From positions 10,230,001 to 10,294,000 of the forward strand of contig OX597834.1 in assembly GCA_951406725.2 (NCBI GenBank): 64,000 bases of DNA, given 5' to 3'. Source of the stretch: Octopus vulgaris. Lineage: Eukaryota. Below, piece after piece: positions 39,956-53,574 of the stretch. The stretch's first letter is position 1. Each line of letters opens with the position of its first letter. The notes under the pieces were generated by a model, which saw only the letters and a program-made list of their open reading frames with translations, made no database searches and was not told where the DNA came from. The position numbers and the translations under genes are program-made.

Positions 39956-40695
39956 GTCAGACTGCCTGTCTGTCTATCAGCATGTCGACGTTCTTTCTTG
40001 CGTTACATGTGTGCACAGGCACGTGTGTGAGTGTGTTTGGTCGTACATGTGTGTGTGTGTGTGTATGTGTGTGTGCTTATATATATGAACGTGCGTGTAT
40101 ATAAAAATATACATGCACATAAATAGATGTATTTTTATAATATATTTCCACGCAAGTGTGTGCGAGCATGCGCGTGTATGAGTGTGTGTATGCGTGTATG
40201 TCTGTGCGCGCGCGTGCTTATATGTATATACAATATATCATTCGATGTATTACGTTTCATTATTGTCAAAACATAGCTTCAACCGCAAGTTTTGTTAGAA
40301 ACACTTCTATCGCATTTGGGCAGGTCTCCAGTTTTCTTTTACCGTTGAAATCTCTATTTAGATACGCTTCCAATGCATAAATGCGACAAACAAAAGGAAT
40401 TACCTACAGTAAACTGACAACATACCTACACCTTCAATAACCTAGTCTATTTAATAATTTTTTTTTAAATAAAAATTGCGCTCGTATTCGCAATTGAGGA
40501 AAATAACTAAATATTTTGAAAACATTGTAAATATATTTAAAAGTTCAGTAATTCAACGTTGCTGTTGGTAACGATAAAGTTCAGTGTTGACGTGAGTGAT
40601 AACTTTGATTAACATCTTCCCCACTATTTCTCTTCCCTTGAGCTTTGTGTATCTAGATCTATTAGTATCCGATATATCACTTCTCTACCAATGTA

Positions 40696-40736
<41 letters not shown>

Positions 40737-40747
40737 TTTCTAGAAGG

Positions 40748-40798
40748 AACTTCTACAGGATTAGAACTGTTTCATTCAAATGAAATCATCAGGAAGCT
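40748..40798 (-). ncRNA. Type I hammerhead motif with a complete stem III
   Basis: Minus strand: agcttc CTGATGA t ttc attt gaa t GAAACAG ttctaatc CTGTA gaagtt. U.U mismatch at the base of stem II. Confidence 0.75.
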
Positions 40799-40825
40799 TG
40801 CTGTCAAAAAAACTTTTTGACAGCA

Positions 40826-40875
40826 AGCTTCCTGATGATTTCATTTGAATGAAACAGTTCTAGTCCGTAGAAGCT
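40826..40875 (+). ncRNA. Type I hammerhead motif, 1-nt deletion in stem III
   Basis: agcttc CTGATGA tttcatttgaat GAAACAG ttctagtc C-GTA gaagct. Confidence 0.7.
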
Positions 40876-40957
40876 CCTTCTATAAAATAAATTAATTTAC
40901 TCTGCTATGTATTGAGTACCTTATTTACTGTGGTTAACCCCGACTCAACCCAGGACC

Positions 40958-40993
<36 letters not shown>

Positions 40994-42351
40994 TAGATAG
41001 ATATATAGATAGATAGATATATAGATAGATAGATAGATATGGTACAAAGTAAAATAGGGCTTATAAGGGTAACTCACTATGGTACATCAGATATCCAATA
41101 TACTGCTGGTGAAATTAATTTGCATATTTATGTATATTGTTTTGTTCGTTTTTCACGTTCCTATTTATATAATTGATAAACAATATGAAATTGTAATATC
41201 TGTAAATTGATGATCAAAATGAATTTGTTCCTCCATTTTCTTATTTGTATTATATATATATAACGATGAAGTGTAAGTCCTGGGCATTTGGTTGCTACGT
41301 CTAGGAGCTCAAGCAGTGGCTCTCAGCCAGGGTTCATTTGACCTTTAGGAGTCCATGCAAGATTTTGTTATTAAAGTTCATGTGCCATAAATTAGTTATT
41401 ATTTTAAATATTTTTGTCCTTATAATATTGGTTTCAAATTTTGGCACAAGGCCAGTAATTTCGAGAGAGGGAATAAGTTGATTACATCAATCCGTGCTCA
41501 ACTAGTGCTTATTTTATCGACTCCCGAATGGATGAAAAGCAAAGTCGGCAGCAGAGGTTTTTCAAACTCTGGACGAAAAGACAGAGTGGCGTTCTAACGA
41601 TTCTGTGAGCTCCCGCTTTCACAACTACTAATAATGTTTATTCCCGAGCCTCAAACCACAACACTTGCTTGTTCATACACCTGTCATCGTCTTTTGTTTT
41701 TCAATAAATTTCAACTACATGTGTGCGTGCGGGCGTGCGTGCGGGCGTGCGTGCGGGCGTGTGTGTGTGTGCGAATGTGTGATTGTGCAATTGTTCGCCA
41801 CGCATCACCGCTTGACAACCGGTGATGGCGTGTTTACGTTCCCGTAACTTAGCTGTTCGGCAAAATAGACCGATAAAACAAGTACCCTGCTTTGCAAAAA
41901 AAAAAAAAGAAAAATGAAGTTTGTCTAAAATTCTCCAAGTATGGCCGCAGTAAAAAAAAAATCCAAACAAGTAAAAGATAAAAGTTTAAAAATATCGTTC
42001 GCCTTTTTACAATGCTCCCTCCTTTTTTAAATAACCCTTTCAATTTCTTTGCTGCATAATTCTATCCGAGTTTGTTTTGACAAACGCTTGCTCGATTACA
42101 AATTCCTTATCTTCTACTATACCTTTCCCACTTTATAATTTTTGCAACTTTTACTCGACTTCATACCTTCTACCTGTTTTTATTTATTATTTATATATTT
42201 CCCCCCGCATACTACATCGTTTACTTCACTGTTATTCCCTTCTTTTCTTCTTCCTCCACGTTTCCTTCTCACCTATAGCATATTCACACCTGGCTCCGAA
42301 TCCTTCTTCCCTCTCATCCCACCTTTCCACTATATTCTTTTTCTTTACCCC

Positions 42352-42388
42352 TTTTCTGATGCAGCACTGAGGTCCGAAACGTCTAGAA
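42352..42388 (+). ncRNA. Degenerate minimal hammerhead motif
   Basis: tttt CTGATGC a gcac tgag gtcc GAAAC GTC tagaa. A9 changed to C, with stem mismatches. Confidence 0.5.
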
Positions 42389-42458
42389 CCTTCTCTCCTT
42401 TCATTTTCAAGGGTCAGATTAATAACACCTTTCTGAAAACTTGACGTCCCTGTTGTTT

Positions 42459-42501
<43 letters not shown>

Positions 42502-42880
42502 TGTGTGTATGTGTGTATGCGTCTATTTTTGAGGGACAGACAGACAGACAGAGACGAAGACAGAGACAGAATGTGTTTGTGTGTTTACGTGTGTATAGTA
42601 GTTCTCGATCACTTTCCATTTTCTGCAACATCGAAAAAGAAAGTAAACAAGTATTTCATTTAAAATTGTTTTTTTTTTCTTTCTTTCTTTTTTTATCTTA
42701 TAAGATAATAATAAATATATAATGTATCAGATATCATATCTACTAGATACCTTTGAAAGTACCTTGTTTGGGGCAATTTAGATTGGTTGACGAAGCGCCG
42801 CTGCTCATTATTAATTTATGAATAGTTCAAACATAACGTAAGTTAGCTATTTTCCGTCTTGCAGAAATAATTTCATATTC

Positions 42881-42883
<3 letters not shown>

Positions 42884-42923
<40 letters not shown>

Positions 42924-43450
42924 CACACACACATATACATACATACACATACATATACACGCAAACATATATACACACACACATATATACACATGCATAC
43001 ATATATACACAGACACATACATATACACATACATACATATACACATACATACATATACACATACATATATATATACACATACATATATATACACATACAT
43101 ACATATACACATACATATATATACATACATATACACATACATATATATATATACATACATATACACATACATATATATACACATACATATACACATACAT
43201 ATATATATATATACACACACATACATATATATATATATACACACATACATATATATATATATACACACATACATATATATACACATACATACATATACAC
43301 ATATATATATATATACACACATACATATATACACACATACATATACACACACATACATATATACACACACATACACACACATACATATATACACACGCAC
43401 ACATATATACACACGCACACATATATACACACATACATATATATATATAT
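42884..43450. repeat. (TA)/(CA)/(TACA) compound microsatellite
   Basis: Direct reading. Source of the 183-222 aa spurious ORFs. Confidence 0.92.
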
Positions 43451-44149
43451 CACCATTTCATACTTATTTTCCAAGAGATGTCTTATGCTTTTCATATGCG
43501 AGTAAATATTTTATGAGGGACCTCGTTTCTAGGCCAACAGAACTTTCACTGTTGGCTACTCAGCCCACTACCACCGCCACCACCACCACCTCTTTCTGTC
43601 TTTCTATTTTCTTTTGCACTTTCTCTCTGCTGCATTTCTTATTTCTTCTTCTCCTATCGCTTTCAAACAAGATGTTAACAAACGATGAAATGTATTGACT
43701 GCAGTATTCACAAAGTTTATTGTTTTGGCCTTTTTTCATCATTTTTTTCTTCATTTCTCCCACTTTTTTTTTTTTTTTCTGGTTTGGTTTGGTTTTGGTT
43801 TTATTTACTCCTACTTTTGTCCCTTTTTCTGATATATTGCCGATTCATGATATTGAGATTTAGCGAACGGTTTCTAATTTATGTATCAGCAATTTTGCAA
43901 ACTTGTGTCATTTATCTTACAACGAGGAATCAAACGTTGAAAAACGAACGCACAAACATAAGCTTACAATTACTAACAATTACATACGGTATAGAGAAAC
44001 CGTCAGTATTTATATAAATAACGCACACATGCTTTCATACACACGCACACACACACACACCTATATATGTGTGTGTTTGTGTGTGATATATGTATATATA
44101 TATATTTATATACATGTATATATATATGTATACATCACATACATTGTGT

Positions 44150-44158
44150 AAATTAAAG

Positions 44159-44193
<35 letters not shown>

Positions 44194-44394
44194 ATACCAC
44201 ATACATGGTGTAGATTAAAGTAAATATATATATGTGTGTGTGTGTGTGTGTGTATACATCATATACATGGTGTAGATTAAAGTATATATATATATATGTG
44301 TGTGTGTGTGTATACATCATATACATGGTGTAGATTAAAGTATATATATATATGTGTGTGTGTGTATACACCACATACATGGTGTAGATTAAAG

Positions 44395-44431
<37 letters not shown>

Positions 44432-44505
44432 ATGTGTGTGTGTGTGTGTGTGTATACACCACATACATGGTGTAGATTAAAGTATATATATATATATATA
44501 TATAT
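44150..44505. repeat. Compound minisatellite ATACATGGTGTAGATTAAAG + (TA)n(TG)n
   Basis: Five constant blocks with variable dinucleotide spacers. Confidence 0.88.
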
Positions 44506-45033
44506 AAGTATGTACACATACACACATACATATTTATATAGGCATATATGTATTCAGAAAGAAAGCGCGAGGGAGCTAGAATGAAAAAGAAATAGAGAAA
44601 TTACCTCAAATCTCACTTCTATACGTTCATTGGCAAACATTTATCGAGCTCAGAATAATTCTGTTGTATGTGATAAGTCTTTTCTTTCGTAAGGTTTATT
44701 TACCAACTCTGCACAATATGTGGTTACTTCAAAACAATAGCTTCCATTTATACTGTGGTTTTGTTGTTGCTGATATCCAAGTTTATCGCAAGAGGGCGAG
44801 TATTCGGTCAAAAGCGTCACATCTGTTTATTTGTATATCTAAGGCGTCCGCTAGTCGGGGGTGACGATGTGCGTAGATTTAAAGAGTTTCATTTCACTTT
44901 ACCTGGTTGCCTTAATAATTTCCAACACAGCAAGTTTCTACACTCGACTAACATTTTCAACGTGGTAGGCAAGGTCCGATACTTCATGGTGACTTTAGTC
45001 GCACATGAAAAAAATTGGCACTAAAAACGCCTT

Positions 45034-45455
45034 GGATCTTTTCGGTTTGAACGGCAGTTTTGAACAATTTCTAGGTAACTAAAAAATTTTTAAAATTCGG
45101 TATAATGGTAGAATGTGTTTATAAAACATCTTTTTTTCTTTGCTTTATTGAGAAAATTCTATAGTTTGTAAGATATTTGTTTTTTTTATTTCTTCAATTT
45201 CTGCAATTTCAACCAATCACTGACGTCTATTGAGTTAAAAATCATTCTGTGCCATATGAATATGTCCCTCGTTTAAGAAACAAACTGGGTTTATTTACAT
45301 TTGTGAAGAAAATAAGATACCCTTCCCCCCACCCCTAATCCTAACTCACCCAAAAATAGATTGAAATGCAATAGATCGATACTAGGGTCATAATTATGGG
45401 TGACAATTTCATATGACACCGCTAGAAAAAACTGCCGTTCAAACCGAAAAGATCC
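45034..45455. mobile_element. MITE with 27-bp TIRs and an 8-bp TSD
   Basis: AACGCCTT|GGATCTTTTCGGTTTGAACGGCAGTTT ... AAACTGCCGTTCAAACCGAAAAGATCC|AACGCCTT. Superfamily uncertain (Merlin or hAT-like TSD length). Confidence 0.88.
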
Positions 45456-45869
45456 AACGCCTTCTTTAACCATTCACTTCTCCTGTCTATCACTGCACTT
45501 ATATCCGTGGCATTCATGCATTATATATGATGTATATTCTAATTTTTTTCAATGACGTGGGTGACATGGGACCAGATCCGGTGCTAGGAAGTGCAGGACC
45601 CGTTTAAAGAATTGTCAGCGGGGCCGTCTACGCTGCAAAAGCTGAAGATTGAGGTTTTATGAATTGTGTAGTCCGCCCGTCCCAGCCAAAAAGACGTCGA
45701 GAACTTGAGGTCCCACTATTATTTATAATGATATACTAACAATTCATCAGAGTGTCCTCCACCCGAGAGTGTGCGCGGGGCCCAAATTCAACAAATCCGA
45801 CGATTTGGTTTAAAACCAGTCCAAGTTGTGTCTTATGAACGGAAAGATTTTCATTATTCAAAAGCCGTC

Positions 45870-46590
45870 ATTCAGTCAGTTACGACGCAAAGGATTTCAG
45901 TTAATCCGATCAACGGAACAGCCTGTTCGTAAAATTTACTTGCAACTGGTTGAGCACTCCGTAGACACGTGTACCTTTCATGTAGTTCTCAGGGAGACCA
46001 AGCATCATACAGAATGTGACAAAGTTGAATGTGACAGGTACAACAACTTTTTTACGTTCGTTGCCAGCTGAGTGGCAACGTGAAATAAAGTGTCTTGCTC
46101 AAGAGCACAAATGTACCGCCAGAAATCGAACTGACGATAGTAGGAGCACTCCGTCGGTTGCGAGGTTGAGGGTCCCAGCTGATACGATCAACGGAACAGC
46201 TTGCTCGTGATATTAACGTGCAAGCGGCTGAGTACTCCACAGACACGTGTACCCTTAACACAGTTCTCGAGGAGATTCAGCGTGACACACAGAATGTGAC
46301 AAGGCTGGCCCTTTGAAATACAGGTACAAGAGAAACAGGAAGAAAGAGCGAGAGAAAGTTATGGTGAAAGAGTACAGCAGGGACCACCACCATCCCCTGC
46401 TGGAGCCTCGTGGAGCTGTAGGTGTTTTCGCTCAATAAACACTCACAACGCCTGGTCTGGGAATCGAAACCGCGATCCTATGACCGCGAGTCCGCTGCCC
46501 TAACCACTGGGCCATTGCGCCTCCACTCGAACTGACGATAGTACGATCGTGAGAGAAATACCGTAAACTCTAACCCACGCGTCTTCACAA
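45870..46590 (-). mobile_element. Old SINE family D copy interrupted by a family C SINE
   Basis: Homologous to 23296-23614 at 45870-46142 and 46527-46590. Confidence 0.75.
46143..46526 (-). mobile_element. tRNA-derived SINE family C, nested, 17-bp TSD
   Basis: Head GGCGCAATGGCCCAGTGGTTAGG...GGTTTCGATTCCC. TSD TCGAACTGACGATAGTA at 46126-46142 and 46527-46543. Confidence 0.88.
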
Positions 46591-46829
46591 TATTATGCAG
46601 AACGTATGAAAATGGTTAATTTAAAAGTTTGAACACAAGTATGGGCGTTTACGACAAGCTTACGAAAATAGTTACATCTAATCTTTTCAGTATTAAACAA
46701 CAGTTTTTTATAATAACAAAATGCTTCAATCAATTAAGAGTGTGATCGTATATTGTTGGTCTATAATCATAGATGCGATCGAACAAGGATAATGTTAGGT
46801 TAAACAATAACAATAGGTGGCTAAAGGTA

Positions 46830-46841
46830 CTAGATAGATAT

Positions 46842-46916
<75 letters not shown>

Positions 46917-47118
46917 TAGATAGATAAATAGATGGATAGATGGATCGTTGGATAGATAGATATATAGATGGATAGATATATAGATATATAGATAGAGACA
47001 GATGGATAGATAGATAGAGACAGATGGATAGATAGATAGAGACAGATGGATAGATAGATAGAGACAGATGGATAGATGGATAGATAGATAGATAGATAGA
47101 GAGATAGAGAGATAGATG

Positions 47119-47150
<32 letters not shown>

Positions 47151-47315
47151 TGGATAGATACATAGTTAGACAGATGGATAGATACATAGACAGACAGGCA
47201 GATGGATAGATACATAGATAGATAGACAGACATATGGATAGATACATATATAAACAGACAGATGGATAGATACAAAGATAGACAGATACACAGACAGACA
47301 GACAGATTAATAGAT
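46830..47315. repeat. (TA)(GA)(GATA/GACA) compound microsatellite
   Basis: Direct reading. Confidence 0.9.
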
Positions 47316-47604
47316 AGGGGGAGAGTGAGGACGAGAGAGTTACACGTTTGTAGGTGTGTGCATATGAATGTGTGTGAGTGAGTGTATGTATGATTTTATT
47401 TAAATATAGGGGAGCCTCCCCGAGCACCCTCTAACCAAATTTCTCATCATACACTATAGCCATAAAAAGCTAAATTGTCTCATTAGATATTATAGTGCCA
47501 ACATTTCAGTTGTGACCATACAGAAATGAACATATGAATGTGTGTGTGTGTGTGTGTGTATATATACATATATATATATATGTGTGTGTATGTGTGTGTG
47601 TGTG

Positions 47605-48728
47605 TATACAAATAGAAATGTGAGACTTCATCGTATATTGACTATAAAAATGTGAGGGGAGTTTCTATCAATCAGAATAGGGTACAAGCTATAATCCTAT
47701 CAACGAAATTGTACTCACCGCAGTTTCTTTATACATACATACATACATACATACATACATACATACATACATACATACATACATACATACATACATACAT
47801 ACATACATACATACATACATACATACATACATACATACATACATACATACATACATACATACATACATACATACATACATACATACATACATACACTCAC
47901 TCACACACTGTCATATGCACATACATACACACGTATAACTATCTCTCTATCTATCTATCTATCTATGTGTCAATTATACCTAGCGTTCTCCGTTATTTCA
48001 TATCTATATTTTATCCTTTTATATGTTTCAGTTCCTTGACTGTGGTCATGCTGGAGCACAACATATAGTCGAACAGATCGACCCTGGGACTTATTCTCTG
48101 TAAGCTTAGTACTTATCCTATCGGTTCCTTTTGACACAACCACTAAGTTATGGTGATGTAAACACGCCAACACCGGTTGTCAAGCGATTGTGGGGGTGCA
48201 AACGCAGACACACAAACATCCATACACACACAAACAAACATACATACACACACACACACAAACATACATACATACATCATAAAAGTGGTTGTGTCAAAAG
48301 GAACCGATAGGATAAGTACTAGGCTTACAGAGAATAAGTCCCAGGATCGATCTGTTCGACTATAGGTGGTGCTCCAGGATGGCCACAGTCAAGTAACTGA
48401 AACACGTAAAAGAATAAAATAATATATATATGAAGTAACGGAGGGGTACTTGACAGATAGATAGATAGATAGAGAGAGAGAGAGGGAGAGAGAGAAATAG
48501 AGAGATAGATAGAGAGACGGATAGAGAGATGGATAGAGAGATAGATAGAGAGATAGAGAGATAGATAGCGTAATACGTGTATGTATGTGCATATGACTGT
48601 GTGTGAGTGTATGTATGTATGTATATATAATGAAACGGTTTATGAGCTTGTCCCCTATTTTGATTATAGAAACTTCCCTCACATTTCCATAGTCAATATA
48701 CGATGAAGTCTCACAATTCTATTTGTAT
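47605..48728. repeat. Large inverted duplication of mixed unique, microsatellite and SINE sequence
   Basis: 47605-48146 is the reverse complement of 48283-48728. A third direct partial copy lies at about 48746-48830. Confidence 0.85.
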
Positions 48729-50031
48729 ATATATATAAATATTATAGTTTCTATAATCAAAATAGGGGATAAGCTCATAATCCCATCAACGAAATTTTAC
48801 TCACCACCATTTCATTATACATACATACATACATATATATGCACACACACACACACATGCATATACATGTATGTATGTATCTGTGTTGATGTCATACGTT
48901 CAGCAGGAGCTAAACAGCGAGAGCATCAGTACCACCAACGCGCCAAATTGACGTAGATAATGAAACTGTGCAAACATATATTTTTACCTCATTAGTAAAG
49001 CGGAATAGATATCTATCTATCTATCTATCTCTCTATATCTATCAATGATTATCTGATCATGTGATGGTACAAGAAAGACATAATATAATAATGATGATAA
49101 TAATAATAATAATAATAATAATAAAGTTAAACAAGATACAATCGGAGAACACAAAAGACCATAAAACGATCAAACAAAGATAAAAAATAGAGGAAACTAG
49201 GGCACTAGACAGTAGGGAATGTGATGGGAGTGGGAAGATCGGGCGTAGAGATGGGAATCTAAAATGGCGGAAAAAAAGATAAAAAAAAAAGGGCGGCTCA
49301 TGATGATGATGATGATGCAAAAATAGCGTAATAAAATTCAAAAGTGCTTGCCATCGTTATTATTTAGCGCTGGTTTAGAATTTATCGAGCGGACACATTT
49401 CATCGCCACACTATGTCTTTCTTACTGTGTCTCTGCGAATATATGAAACTCACAAAATCTAAATAACCTTAAAACGGTCGCTAGGTTACAAGCGAATTTT
49501 CTTCATTTTCAAACAATGGTTCAAAGGCAATTCAACATAGCGGAATCGATCAGTCCCCTCGTGACTGCCATTGGTTTTATCCTTCGCAAATTATAAGGGA
49601 AGTGAAATGTATCGAACGAATAATCAACCCCCTCTGTAAATTCAGTTTTTAGTAGATTATCCTTAATCTGTTTATTCGTTTTAAAAAGGTTTAGTTGGAT
49701 AAAGTCAGTATGTGTGACATTTTACAGAGACTTCGAAATGGGTGAAAAAAAGAAAAAAAGGACAGATGAAAATAATTTCTTATCCTCTGAGCTGTAATCT
49801 ATCCGAATGCTTGCAACGACGTAGAGGGCGCTAAAGACACTTAAATTTTTGCTAGCGAAGGCTTTTCAGGTTATGAGCTTAAGACAATTGTTTACTGGTT
49901 TAAAGGTTTGCGCTCAAGATACCAAAGGGTTCACTAGTATAGGTAATCCAGAGGACGTATTAAATATCTCAGCCATGAAATTGAACACACTTTGCAATGT
50001 TTCTGTTGTTAATAATAATAATTTAATGATG

Positions 50032-50211
50032 ATGATGAAGGCTGGATGGTATATCAGCCGAAACGTTATGTTAACAACAAACAAGATGATAACAAATATC
50101 CATTAAATATAAATAATGCAAATAATGTACATAATTCCTTATCTCCTAAACATAGAACTGCAATATATATATATATATTACTTATCTGACAGGCAAATCT
50201 CATTAAGTGTG

Positions 50212-50268
<57 letters not shown>

Positions 50269-50600
50269 ATGTATTTATCATTATTATTCAGGTCACTGCC
50301 AGGAATCGAACTCGGGATCTTGGGGTTAGTACCACTATGCCATATGCAATTATGGAGTGAATTTTAGGGCTTATAAATCTAAATTTTCCTATTCTTTCTT
50401 AATACTTAATTAAAACAACAACATCGAAGAATACCTTAGGAATGAGAACCCAGTTTCGAAATTTCCCCAAGAAACCTGATGAATGCTGGAGTGTATATCA
50501 ACCGAAACGTTGTGTTAACAACAAAGAAGATGAGGACAAATATCCGTCAAATGTAAACAATGTACATAATTCCTCATCTCCTAAACGTAGAACTGTAATA
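50032..50600. mobile_element. Family H3 fragments: two + strand hammerhead/body copies and an inverted tRNA-like head
   Basis: 50032-50162 and about 50422-50597 match the reverse complement of 16741-16910. 50281-50345 matches the tRNA-like head on the - strand. Confidence 0.75.
50471..50516 (+). ncRNA. Minimal hammerhead motif with damaged stems
   Basis: gaaac CTGATGA a tgctg gagtgtatat caacc GAAAC GTT gtgtt. Two stem II mismatches and one stem I mismatch relative to 16817-16862. Confidence 0.65.
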
Positions 50601-50834
50601 TAAATATATATAGGTTTAAAACATTTTACGCACGTACATAGTGTTTAATTGGGATATTTGTAGAACTCATTTGACCAAAAGTATCGTGCAGGTGAATTGG
50701 AAATTTCAGAGATGCAAATTAATCTACTTGGTTAATCACTACATTGTAACGTGGCAGAGTACTTCATTTCTTCTATAAATTTTTCTACCAGGGTCACCTC
50801 AGAATTGATCTTCACATACTATATGAAAACATGT

Positions 50835-51147
50835 GAATGCGCCTGGCTCAGTAGTTAGGATATTCGATTCATTATCGTAAGGCCGTGAGTTCAATTTCCG
50901 GCGGTGCGTTTTGTCGTTGAGCAATATACTTTATTTCACGTTACTTTAGTCAACTCAGTAAAAATGAGCTGTGCCTCTATTTCAAAGGGCCATTCTTTCA
51001 CATTGTATCATTCTGAATCTCCCTAAGAACTACTTTTAGGGTACGCGTGTTCGTAGAGTGCTCAGCCACTTGCTCCCAATTTCATAAGCAGGCCGTTCCA
51101 CTGATCGGCTGAAGTGGAACTCTCGTAGCCGTGAGCGATAGAGTGTC
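50835..51147 (+). mobile_element. SINE family D, diverged
   Basis: GCGCCTGGCTCAGTAGTTAGG head, body homologous to 23296-23614. Confidence 0.7.
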
Positions 51148-51164
51148 ACATTATTAGTTATATA

Positions 51165-51607
51165 TACTCTTTTACTCTTTTACTTGTTTCAGTCATTTGA
51201 CTGCGGTCATGCTGGAGCACCGCCTTTAGTCGAGCAAATCGACCCCGGGACTTATTCTTTGTAAGCCCAGTACTTATTCTATCGGTCTCTTTTGCCGAAC
51301 CGCTAAGTGACAGGGACGTAAACACACCAGCATCGGTTGTCAAGCAATGCTAGGGAGACAAACACAGACACACAAACACACATATATATATATATACATA
51401 TATACGACGGGCTTCTTTCAGTTTCCGTCTACCAGATCCACTCACAAGGCTTCTTTCAGTTTCCGTCTACCAAATCCACTCATAAGGCATTGGTCGGCCC
51501 GAAGCTATAGTAGAAGACACTTGCCCAAGGTGCCACGCAGTGGGACTGAACCCGGAACCATGTGGTTGGTTAGCAAGCTACTTACCACACAGCCACTCCT
51601 GCGCCTA
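51165..51607 (-). mobile_element. SINE family A with a short internal tandem duplication
   Basis: Reverse copy. GGCTTCTTTCAGTTTCCGTCTACCA.ATCCACTCA.AA occurs twice. Confidence 0.9.
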
Positions 51608-52188
51608 TATATGATTGTTTAAAAGAAAAAAAAATTAGTAAGCCCACTTTGTTCAATAAGAAAACTGGGTAGAGATTCTTAAGCCACGTTGTCAAGCTCC
51701 TTCATATTTTCCAGCCCCAGCAAGAATCATAAAATAAACATCTTAGTTTAATGCTTACCGCTTGGCTGTTAACGATGGATTCCTTGCTAATGTCATGCGT
51801 CTCCTGCAGTTAATCTCTCAGCTGGAAAATGAGCTTCAAAGTGCATGACCCATTATTTTGTATACCAGATTGTGATAGCGAGTGTATTATAATTTTCAAA
51901 AGAGAGCACAGGGACACATGTTGCATGGTGTACATTAATTACAGAGCTGGCCAATTTATATTCTATATCTTAAAAATGTAACACACACTCACACACTCAC
52001 ACGTGTGAGTTTGTGTTGACAGTGTGCAACACCAAATAAATCGTTTTAAAATGTGCAATAGCTGAACATGTATAATCCACGAGCAGATCTCACCTATACT
52101 TAAAAGTACGCATAATTCGTGAACATGTATGCGTGCATATATATATATATATATATATAGATATAGATATATAACTGTATATATATCA

Positions 52189-52811
52189 CTTATCCGACAG
52201 GCAAATCTCCTTATGTGTATGGAGATATATATATATGCATTTATGTTTGCATGCATAGCAAGCATTTACACTTTCCAAATTCTTTGTTACTCGTGATTGA
52301 TATGTCACACCCTCTTCCGAGATAATACGCAAGCTGTATGGAGTCCTAGGTGATAAACAACCTAACGTCCAACGACACCGATGGGAGGAATAAAAGTAAA
52401 GTGTGAATTTACTTTTTTTTTTCCACTGGCAAAGAATGATGGTAGTACGCATGCGTGCTATTTCCATGAATGAAATGTTCCAGTAGCTTTTATCTCTTGC
52501 CTGTTCTACAATGAAGCAACAAAGGAGAAACAAAAAATTATGATAGAAGACAATATACAATTCAATGGCTCTTTACAAGAAGCTTTATTGTCTGGTTATA
52601 GTATGGTATAATTTATTTTCTCCAGCTTTATTCGAGGCAGCAACACCGAGAATGGTGGTACTGTGTTTTGGCAATAAATATTTTTCTCACTTTATGAGAT
52701 AATTTACCGCTGAAGAAGCAACAAGAATGTAGGTTAAATATTTCAGAAAATTACAGCTTATTCTTTGAAAAATGCAGCTAGTATAGAAACGAGATTTGCC
52801 TGTCGGATAAG
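52189..52811. mobile_element. Possible MITE bounded by a 21-bp perfect inverted repeat
   Basis: CTTATCCGACAGGCAAATCTC (52189-52209) and GAGATTTGCCTGTCGGATAAG (52791-52811). A solo variant lies near 50181. No clear TSD. Confidence 0.45.
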
Positions 52812-53151
52812 CTATCTAAAGTCGTAACGCATGAGTCATGATTTCGTATTTTGCTGAAGGTGTGTCATTATAGCCTTGAGTTTTTTTGATTATTTTCTGA
52901 AATTCTTTTTTTTTTTCTTTGTTTATCTCTAACATGGCGTGTGTTAAATGTTACAGAGCAGAAGAAAAACTGAATATTAGAGAGAACAACTTTAGCCTGC
53001 TAGGTTGAAAATGTCGCTTGGATGTATTTATTTATTTATTCATAATAAATTCGTATAGTGATATATTTAATTATTTATAAATTAATTTTTGCATATTCGT
53101 TATATAACGACTGGTATGATATCGTACATATATCTTACAAAGAATCGCAAT

Positions 53152-53184
<33 letters not shown>

Positions 53185-53389
53185 CTGATATAAAATGAGT
53201 GTACGGTAGATAGATAGATCGATAGATAGATCGATCGATAGATCGATAGATAAATAAATGCATAAATAGATAGATAGATAGATATATAGATAGATAGATA
53301 GATAAATAGATCGATAAATAGAGACAGATAAATAGATAGAACGATCGATATATAGATAAATAGATAGTAGATAAACAGATAGATCGATC

Positions 53390-53424
<35 letters not shown>

Positions 53425-53574
53425 CGATCGGTAGATGGTTAGATAGATATCTGTATGGATAGATATATAGATGATTTTGTTGAATGGATAGATATATAGA
53501 TAAGTAGATATTTAGGTTGATAAGTAATAAAGTAGATAAACGGACTGACAGACACACAGACAGACAAATAGATA

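Larger units (their letters stand above)
40731..40960. mobile_element. Hairpin element family H4 with a hammerhead in each arm
   Basis: 40731-40810 pairs with 40814-40892 around a 3-nt loop. The right arm extends to about 40960. (TA)n on both sides. Confidence 0.8.

Noticed and set aside
42827-43505. Overlapping 183-222 aa ORFs
   Set aside because: Translations of (TA)/(CA) microsatellites, as are most listed ORFs.
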